Source of the DNA: Oscillospiraceae bacterium
GTDB lineage: Bacteria > Bacillota > Clostridia > Oscillospirales > Oscillospiraceae
Direction: 5' to 3'
Assembly (NCBI GenBank): GCA_017548065.1
Contig: JAFYNQ010000027.1
Coordinates: 9,872 to 73,871, forward strand
Length of the DNA stretch: 64,000 nucleotides
This document shows, piece by piece, positions 57,667-64,000 of this stretch. The position numbers and the translations under genes were made by a program. The notes under the pieces were generated by a model that saw nothing but the letters and a program-made list of their open reading frames with translations, did no database searches and had not been told where the DNA came from. How positions within the stretch are numbered: the stretch's first letter is position 1; every line of letters begins with the position of its first letter.

Positions 57667-58767
57667 TTACAGTTCCTCCTTGGCGAGCCGTACTGTCTCC
57701 TCCACCTGCTGACACAGATAGTGGGGGACTTGGTCAAAAGCGCCGGTTTCGGTGACACACACTGCAGCGCAAACGGGGCACACCGGCTTTTTGGGGCAGG
57801 TGGTGCAGGCGCTGGGCAGCCGAAGGGCGGCGGTGGCATTGCGAATGGTCTCCCAGGCGGCGGCAAAGCCTGCCTCCAGGGGATAGGCGATGGGACGGGG
57901 CATCATGCCGCAGGGCAGCATCTTGCCGTCCCAGGTGAGCCAGAAGCTGGTGCTGCCGGCACGGCAGCGGACACCGGGATCGGTCTCGGTGGAACACTCC
58001 GGCGCCAACTGGGCAAGGGCGGCGGTGTTTTCCATCCGTTTTTTAAACTCCTCCGGAGTAAACCGAAGACGGTCCCAGCGGAGACTTTCTTCTGCTGAAC
58101 GACAAGGGGTGAAGCGGTTGCCTGCCCCGTAGCTGTCCTCCTGCACACGTACCGGGGGATACATATAGCTGCTGGCTTTGATATTCACATCCAGCTCCAT
58201 GGCATCCCGGAAGATCTTCTCCAGATCCTGACAGTTGTAGGGGGTGATGGACAGATTCAGACTAACCTCAATACCTGCCTTTCGTAGGTTGGCGATGTTG
58301 CTGCGTACCCGGTCATACATGGGAAGACCGCACATTTTTTCGTAAGTCTCGTTGCAGCCGCCGTATAGGGAAATGTTAAAACGGGCAGGGGGATCTGCAA
58401 GGAATTTCTCTAAAATCTCCCCTTGGAGCATAGAACCGTTGGTGTTGACAGACACCATAAGTCCCAGCTTCTTCATGCCGCTGTAGATCTCAAAAAAGTC
58501 CTTCCGAACCAAAGGCTCGCCACCGGTGAGCAGCGCCACCAGCATACCGGCATCCCGGGCATCCCGGGCAAGCTGCAGCCACTGCTGGGCGGTCAGCTCT
58601 ATGCCTGCCTGCCGCTGCTGCTCCGGGGTCATGTGGATATAGCACATGGGGCAATTGAAATTGCACCGGGGCGTCAGCTCAAAAGTACCGGCAATGGGCA
58701 GACCCAATGCGCGACCCTTTTGATGCAGGTAGGTCATAATATGCGGTTCTGGGGCGGTTCTTTTCAT
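57667..58767 (-). CDS. Radical SAM/SPASM peptide maturase
   Basis: ELTPRCNFNCPMC (CxxxCxxC), LTGGEPL, NTNG; SPASM CRAG...DGKMLPC...CTTCPKKPVCPVCAAVC...C. Confidence 0.92.
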   Translation of the reverse strand: MKRTAPEPHIMTYLHQKGRALGLPIAGTFELTPRCNFNCPMCYIHMTPEQQRQAGIELTAQQWLQLARDARDAGMLVALLTGGEPLVRKDFFEIYSGMKKLGLMVSVNTNGSMLQGEILEKFLADPPARFNISLYGGCNETYEKMCGLPMYDRVRSNIANLRKAGIEVSLNLSITPYNCQDLEKIFRDAMELDVNIKASSYMYPPVRVQEDSYGAGNRFTPCRSAEESLRWDRLRFTPEEFKKRMENTAALAQLAPECSTETDPGVRCRAGSTSFWLTWDGKMLPCGMMPRPIAYPLEAGFAAAWETIRNATAALRLPSACTTCPKKPVCPVCAAVCVTETGAFDQVPHYLCQQVEETVRLAKEEL

Positions 58768-58773
58768 AGTAGC

Positions 58774-59631
58774 CTACTTTCTGATGCACTGCCAAAGGGC
58801 AGTCACAGCGGATTCGTCGGGGGTGCAGTCCAGCTGATACACCGGCACGGCGTTCAGCAGCTGCTCCAGGGTGTGGGAAACGGCCTCCAGGTCGTGCCGA
58901 TCCCAGGTGTTGACGCTGATGCCCTCCCATACACGGGCGAAGGCAGCGGCGCCGGTAAGCCGTGTGCAACGGGTTTGAGGCGCTTGGGTGAGATAGACGA
59001 TGGCAGACAAGGGCAGCGAGCAGCTTTCGCAAATACGGGAGCTGCCGGAGAAGGGGATGCCCTCTGCCAGGGCATTTCCTTCCGTCAGGCGCAGACAAGC
59101 ACGGTCACCGTTGCAGATGCGTGCACTGCGGTGTTTCTCCCAAAGGGCGGCCTGGGTGGATTTTCCCGTGCCGGAGGGAGCAGTGAATACAACGGTGCTG
59201 CCGCCGATGTCAATGAGAGAGCAGTGCAGCACAAAGCCCTCGGCCTGTGCCAGCAGATGCTCTGCGGCGCAGGCATTTAAAAGGGTCTTGGCAGTCATGC
59301 CCGTGGGAAAACGGGTCTGCAGCAGCTCCACAAAATGGTCTTTTCCCCGGTGGAAGCAGCACATGGCGGCATTTTCCCAAAGTCCTTCCTTGGCATGCAC
59401 ATACCGCTGCTGCCCCTGTTCTGCTTTGTAAACAGCGCCGTCGGGGAGCTTTGCCAGCAGCTTTCCCTCCGGGGGAGTCAGCTGCTGCGTATACTGAAAA
59501 AGAAAGCGGTGGGGGTCTTCTGCCGATGCTACCCGGAAGGGGGCAAGCACATCGTCGGGAAAGTCCTCCCCCTTCGGTGCAGTGACCGCCAGGCTGATGC
59601 CGGCAAAGCTGTAATACTTTTCCATACTCAT
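58774..59631 (-). CDS. HPr-kinase-related P-loop protein (putative peptide kinase)
   Basis: LHCS...FTAPSGTGKST (His + Walker A), NGDR, GIPFSGSS; ATGA overlap with upstream gene. Confidence 0.78.
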   Translation of the reverse strand: MSMEKYYSFAGISLAVTAPKGEDFPDDVLAPFRVASAEDPHRFLFQYTQQLTPPEGKLLAKLPDGAVYKAEQGQQRYVHAKEGLWENAAMCCFHRGKDHFVELLQTRFPTGMTAKTLLNACAAEHLLAQAEGFVLHCSLIDIGGSTVVFTAPSGTGKSTQAALWEKHRSARICNGDRACLRLTEGNALAEGIPFSGSSRICESCSLPLSAIVYLTQAPQTRCTRLTGAAAFARVWEGISVNTWDRHDLEAVSHTLEQLLNAVPVYQLDCTPDESAVTALWQCIRK

Positions 59632-60347
59632 TCCACCGTAATGAAGAGGATCTCGGTGTTGTTCTCGTGGATATGCTGACTTATCAGCTGAGAAATGGCA
59701 TTTCTCTTCATACCGCCGGTGATCCGCAGGCGGTAGGTGATGCCGCCGTAATAAATATCATTCTGCTTGTTTTTGTAGTAGACCACGATATCTCCGTCAA
59801 TATCCTTGCCGGAAATGTTGATCACATTCATGCCGCCGTCCAGCAGCTTTACAGACAAAAGGTCTTCCTGACGGCTCAGCTGCTTTGTGTAGAAAGCTGT
59901 GTTTTCCATCAGTGCATACTGGTAAGCTTCCGTGCTGTCATAGGGCAGACGGTTTGTCTCCAGCAGGATCACTGTCTCGCCGGGCAGCAACGCAGAAAGG
60001 GTAAAGCTTGCCTGCCCATCCTTTGTGGAAAGGGAGATGTTGGCATATTCCACCCCGGTGTCGCCCCGGTTGGTCACCCGGATCATCAGCACGCCGCTGA
60101 CCACCTGGTCGCTGCCGTCCTCCAGGAAAGGGCCGGTGTAGCTGCCCACCTCGGTGAGGAAAAGACCGTAGCCCAAATTCACAGACAGAGACTGGCTGTC
60201 AGTGACCCTGGCAGGGGCAGTCTGCTCGGTGGGTTCTGTGGTGTCGGGCGCCGGTGTTTTTTCGTTTTTCGGAAGCAGAAGCAGGACTATGACCAGTGCG
60301 ATCACAGCCAAAACAGCGGCTGCAATGTAGAAAATTTTCCGTTTCAT
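59628..60347 (-). CDS. Single-pass membrane-anchored protein of unknown function
   Basis: MKRK + hydrophobic helix, Pro/Thr/Glu linker, beta-rich soluble region; GAGG RBS. Confidence 0.7.
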   Translation of the reverse strand: MKRKIFYIAAAVLAVIALVIVLLLLPKNEKTPAPDTTEPTEQTAPARVTDSQSLSVNLGYGLFLTEVGSYTGPFLEDGSDQVVSGVLMIRVTNRGDTGVEYANISLSTKDGQASFTLSALLPGETVILLETNRLPYDSTEAYQYALMENTAFYTKQLSRQEDLLSVKLLDGGMNVINISGKDIDGDIVVYYKNKQNDIYYGGITYRLRITGGMKRNAISQLISQHIHENNTEILFITVE

Positions 60348-60366
60348 AGCATTACCTCAAAGCCAA

Positions 60367-60398
60367 GAAGGCCGTGCCAAGGAAATGGTACGGCCTTC
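60367..60398 (-). other. Stem-loop directly downstream of the precursor gene
   Basis: + strand GAAGGCCGTGCCA-aggaaa-TGGTACGGCCTTC, 4 nt after precursor stop; weak U-tract on minus strand. Confidence 0.7.
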
Positions 60399-60402
60399 AA
60401 GG

Positions 60403-60663
60403 TCAGGAATTGAACAAATTATTATACTCTGTGGGCACGTGGTAGCAGAAGCCGTCCCAGGTGTCCGGTGTACCGCCGAAAGTATCGGGGGTAAAGAAGC
60501 AAGCGCTGACGGAGCTGTCAAAGATGTTGACGCCGCCGGAGGAGACCACGGCGCAGGTACCCCGTGTGGGGTTGTCCACAATGGCCTCGCAGCTGCCTGC
60601 GATGTTAGTGCTCGTGGCGAAGCTCTCAAAGAGAATGCGCGGAGCGTTATAGGGTTTTTTCAT
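60403..60663 (-). CDS. Putative RiPP precursor peptide (86 aa)
   Basis: AAGGAGG RBS; leader MKKPYNAPRI (YxxPxI); Cys25/37/55/73; C-terminal Ser; upstream of kinase, rSAM and RRE. Confidence 0.8.
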   Translation of the reverse strand: MKKPYNAPRILFESFATSTNIAGSCEAIVDNPTRGTCAVVSSGGVNIFDSSVSACFFTPDTFGGTPDTWDGFCYHVPTEYNNLFNS

Positions 60664-60677
60664 ACTCCGAGCCTCCT

Positions 60678-63600
60678 TTAAGCTTCGTTTGTATTTACCA
60701 GTAGTGTTGCCACCTGGGAGATGATCTGACTGTTCTTGGAGCCGATGATCACGCAGCGGTAACGGTAGCCGTTACGGGCGGCGGTGACGGTGACAGTCAG
60801 TGTGTCGGTATTGTAGCCTTCCATGGTGGTGTTGTGCCAGTTTTCGCCGTCACGGGAGTACTGCCACTGATACTTGATGCCTTCTGTCACGTTGGCAGCA
60901 GCGGTAAAGTATGCATTTCCGCCAACCACAGCAGTAGCATCCTGGGGCTGCTCCTCCAGGGTTAGGATGCGCAGTGTAGCAGCCTGGGTATACTCGGTGA
61001 CACCGGCAGCATTGGTGATGCGGCAGCGGTACAGGTAACCGTTACGGGCATCTGTTGCCGCAATAAGAACCGTGGGCTTTGTGCAGCCTTCCATAGCAGT
61101 ATCGATCCATTTTCCGCTACCGGGACGGCAGTACTGCCACTGATACTTCAGGCTTTCGCCCTCTGCAGCTGCGGTAAACTGCGCCTTGTCACCTGCGGCA
61201 ACCACCTGGTCCTTGGGCTGGGTTGTAATCTTCAGCTCTGTTTCCACAGCCAGCAGCGCCCAATCGGAGGTCAGCTTTGTGCCGTCTGCCAAAGTGACGA
61301 TGCAGCGGTACTTGTAGCCGTCACGTGCGCCGCCGGCGGTAACGGTCAGGGTGTCCGTCGTGCAACCGGTCAGCTCGGTGTTGTACCACTTGGTCAGCTT
61401 GCTGTACTGCCACTGATAGGTTGCGTTGGGATCCTGGGTCTCCACATGGAAGGAAACCGCAGTACCGGGGTAAGTAGTGACAGATTGGGGATGCTTTGTG
61501 ATGCAGTAGGGTTCAGGCTGTACGGTCACCAGAGGACTACCCACGGCAGTGTTTTCCTGGGGAACGCCCTTGCTCAAAGCACGAACCGTCAGGGCAGCGG
61601 CGCTTGCGCTCATGCGGAAGAGAGCGCGGCTGCTGGATTCCTCTGTGTAGGTAATCTTAATGTTGGTGACGGAGAGAACGCCGCTGCCTTCTGTGCCGGT
61701 GTTGGTGATGACGATAATGTCATCCTTCCAGCCGGTGATGTTGTAGTACATATCGGAGGCAGTGTTGAATTCTCTTGTCTTGGTGTTGTAGTAGTCGCCG
61801 GCTTCCACGCCGGTACCCTCAATGTCCTGGGCAGCGATGTTGGCCAAAGTAGCGAAAGCCTTCTTGCCGTCAGCGCTGCTGACAGCCATGTGAACAGAGG
61901 CAACATTGCTGTTCACCGTCAGACGGAATGCAACAGATTGACCGGGCGCAAGATACACTTCGTTGTTGGGGCCGTAGCTCTGATACTCGGAAATCTCTGC
62001 ATCGCCGCCCGGCTTACCATCAATGAACACAGCGCCTTCCAGCTCTGTAGCAGCGCCGTTGAAGGAATTTGCTCCCAGAATCAGGTTACGCAGTTCGTAG
62101 TATACGGGATAAGCTTCCTTATCCACAAGGTAGGCGTTCTGTGCGCTTTCGTCGATCAGGTTGCCGGTAATGCCGTCGGCGGCATCGTCTGTGCCGTACT
62201 GTGTGCCGGCAGGATCGTAAATGCGGATGGCATCCAGATACAGGTCATAGCCGTCATCGGTCGTCTGGTCAAACACGGGGGTGTAAGTGGCGATGATGGT
62301 CACGGTGTACTTGCCGTAAGGCAGACCCTTTGTCTTCATCACCGGCACCTGATACATGGCATTTGCCTGCTCCGGTGTGGGAACCCATACGTTCTCATGA
62401 ACGATGATGGTATCATTGATTTTCAGACCCTCGCCGTTTACATCGGGAAGCGTGGTAAGGGTAGCGCTTGTGGTTTCCAGGATCTCGGACAGTACCCACT
62501 GACGCTGACCCTGTTCGTTCAGTCGCAGGGTGTAAATCACATCCCGTGCTTCATAGATGTAGCCATAGTAGGTGTTGACAACACGGGCTTCCACAGTGTT
62601 GCCCTGGGCATCCTGCACCTGCACAGCCAGAAGACCGGTGGTGTTGCTGGTCATGCTGATAACATCAAAGCCGGTACCGATAAACTGGAAGGTAGCGGTG
62701 GCGTAGGAATCTGCGCCTACGTGAACCTTCTTTGCGTTGTCCAGGGAGAAGCTTGCAAAGTAGGCATAGTTGCCGTCATAGCCATAAATGTTGTTGGCAT
62801 CAGTCAGGCTGTAAGCGCCGGGACGGTCTTCGTCCTGAACATAGCCGCTGGCGTCATAGTTTTCTGTGGTGTCCTCCCAGGCAGTGCCGCTGCCGCCCAG
62901 CTGCAGGAAGGTTTCCTCATAGTAGACGGTGGTGGCAGGAATGACGGTGAGGTGGTCATAGTAATAACCGCCGTTTACGTCGCTTTCGTAGTCAACTGCA
63001 TAGGTGAACTTGTCCACACCGTTCATAGCCATGGTGGTGGGGGTGTAGCGCAGCTTGCCCTTGGCACGATCCAGCAGAATGTTGCCGAACTGACCGGGAT
63101 AGCTGTCGCCGAAACCCTCTGCCAGTGTGCTGCTGCCGGTAACAGTGTCCAGAGCCTCGGTGTAAGGACCGACGGCTGCCAGTGTGCCGGGTTCACCGAA
63201 CATGTCATTGGCCATAACATCAATGTCCACGGGCAGACCGTAGTCAATGACCACAGAGTCCGGGTTTGCCTGCACCTTCCACACAACGGCAAACCAAACA
63301 ACCGTGTGGGTGTAGTCATTGCCGAGGGAGTTGGTGTAAAGCTCGTTGGAGAAGGCGGCGGAGTCGCTCAAGTTAAACTGAGTAACGTAGGTACTCTGCA
63401 CAGGCTGGCCGCAGGTGATGGTCCAGTTACCGGTGGCATCGGAATAAATCTTGACCTGGTAGACGGCATCCTCGTCATACAGTGTGTAATACTTGGGAAG
63501 CACGTCATCCTGGATCGCCTTGACTTCCAGGGCGGGGATCTCTTCCGATGCGTTCAGATAGACTTCGCTGTAGAGAACCGGCTGGGTAACGGCGATCTTG

Positions 63601-64000
63601 TTGGCAAAAGAGCCGGTGGCGCCGGTGGTCTGGTTAACGATGATCTGTCCCTGCTCATTTACCAGGTAGAATGCATAGGAAACGTTGGCAGACTTCCAGG
63701 CAACGGTGGGAGAGGGGGGGCTCTGGACACAGTTGTCCTTGTCCAGATAGTTGGTGTAGTAGAGGCTTGCGTACTCGTTGGTGGCATAAGAGCCTGCTTC
63801 ACGTGTGCCCTCCATAGAACCGGTCAGGTACACATAGTAGCTCATAGCCAGCTCGGTACTTTGTACCGTACCCATCTTCCAGTAGAAGGTTTCAGAGGGG
63901 AGCAGTGTGCTGTCACCGCCGGTGGGGATATCCACGCCATCCAGGGAAACGGCAGTGGGATTGGTGTTGTACAGGAAAGTCAGTGCGTTGATAACGCCGC
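60678..64000 (-). CDS. Giant surface/secreted protein with C-terminal Ig-like repeats (5' end outside window)
   Basis: Frame open to window edge (GVINALTFLYNTNP...); cadherin/Big-like ANPDSVVIDYGLPVDIDVMAND; three C-terminal Ig repeats. Confidence 0.8.
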   Translation of the reverse strand, partial: GVINALTFLYNTNPTAVSLDGVDIPTGGDSTLLPSETFYWKMGTVQSTELAMSYYVYLTGSMEGTREAGSYATNEYASLYYTNYLDKDNCVQSPPSPTVAWKSANVSYAFYLVNEQGQIIVNQTTGATGSFANKIAVTQPVLYSEVYLNASEEIPALEVKAIQDDVLPKYYTLYDEDAVYQVKIYSDATGNWTITCGQPVQSTYVTQFNLSDSAAFSNELYTNSLGNDYTHTVVWFAVVWKVQANPDSVVIDYGLPVDIDVMANDMFGEPGTLAAVGPYTEALDTVTGSSTLAEGFGDSYPGQFGNILLDRAKGKLRYTPTTMAMNGVDKFTYAVDYESDVNGGYYYDHLTVIPATTVYYEETFLQLGGSGTAWEDTTENYDASGYVQDEDRPGAYSLTDANNIYGYDGNYAYFASFSLDNAKKVHVGADSYATATFQFIGTGFDVISMTSNTTGLLAVQVQDAQGNTVEARVVNTYYGYIYEARDVIYTLRLNEQGQRQWVLSEILETTSATLTTLPDVNGEGLKINDTIIVHENVWVPTPEQANAMYQVPVMKTKGLPYGKYTVTIIATYTPVFDQTTDDGYDLYLDAIRIYDPAGTQYGTDDAADGITGNLIDESAQNAYLVDKEAYPVYYELRNLILGANSFNGAATELEGAVFIDGKPGGDAEISEYQSYGPNNEVYLAPGQSVAFRLTVNSNVASVHMAVSSADGKKAFATLANIAAQDIEGTGVEAGDYYNTKTREFNTASDMYYNITGWKDDIIVITNTGTEGSGVLSVTNIKITYTEESSSRALFRMSASAAALTVRALSKGVPQENTAVGSPLVTVQPEPYCITKHPQSVTTYPGTAVSFHVETQDPNATYQWQYSKLTKWYNTELTGCTTDTLTVTAGGARDGYKYRCIVTLADGTKLTSDWALLAVETELKITTQPKDQVVAAGDKAQFTAAAEGESLKYQWQYCRPGSGKWIDTAMEGCTKPTVLIAATDARNGYLYRCRITNAAGVTEYTQAATLRILTLEEQPQDATAVVGGNAYFTAAANVTEGIKYQWQYSRDGENWHNTTMEGYNTDTLTVTVTAARNGYRYRCVIIGSKNSQIISQVATLLVNTNEA
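60690..61505 (-). repeat. Three tandem ~90-aa Ig-like repeats
   Basis: Repeated P....V......F.......YQWQY....W..T...G.....L......R(N/D)GY.YRC; boundaries approximate. Confidence 0.8.

Noticed and set aside
56176-60663. Lasso peptide or PQQ biosynthesis cluster
   Set aside because: No asparagine-synthetase-like cyclase or B2 protease; no pqqA/B/C; the precursor is long and Cys-containing
60357-60681. Alternative small ORFs overlapping the precursor (60357..60629, 60385..60681, 60461..60652)
   Set aside because: Only 60403..60663 has a strong RBS, operon orientation and a leader motif
1-64000. CRISPR array, tRNA/rRNA, IS or prophage
   Set aside because: No regularly spaced direct repeats, RNA-gene signatures, transposase, integrase or phage motifs recognised by eye; short ncRNAs cannot be excluded without an Infernal/Rfam scan

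Overview
GC-rich, gene-dense window from a Clostridia/Oscillospiraceae-like Firmicute (taxon inferred from gene content, sigmaA-type promoters and AGGAGG RBSs). Left to right: (1) maf(5'-truncated)-mreC-mreD-pbp2, a CapA-like metallophosphoesterase and an M20 amidohydrolase flanked by REP-like palindromes; (2) two tandem ~1,540-aa secreted paralogues (Cys motif + Gly-rich beta-helix-like repeats + C-terminal SGNH/DUF4886-like domain) and a stand-alone lipoprotein copy of that SGNH domain; (3) surE and AraC, divergent from a 9-gene redox/glycan catabolic operon; (4) further hydrolases and AraC regulators, including an ADP-ribosylglycohydrolase-fold protein lacking its catalytic aspartates; (5) a >22-kb minus-strand run: giant Ig-repeat surface protein (5' end outside the window) -> 86-aa Cys-containing precursor-like peptide with a YxxP leader and C-terminal Ser -> membrane-anchored unknown -> HPr-kinase-like protein -> radical SAM/SPASM -> PqqD/RRE -> nucleotidyltransferase -> Wzx/Wzy-type glycan cluster with glycerol-phosphate genes. 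The best candidate for a new system is this radical-SAM RiPP-like cassette: it carries the kinase + nucleotidyltransferase pair known from phosphorylated/glycosylated lasso peptides but no lasso cyclase, and it runs straight into a surface-glycan operon. No rRNA, tRNA, CRISPR array or transposase was recognised. All family assignments are from motif recognition by eye, not database searches.
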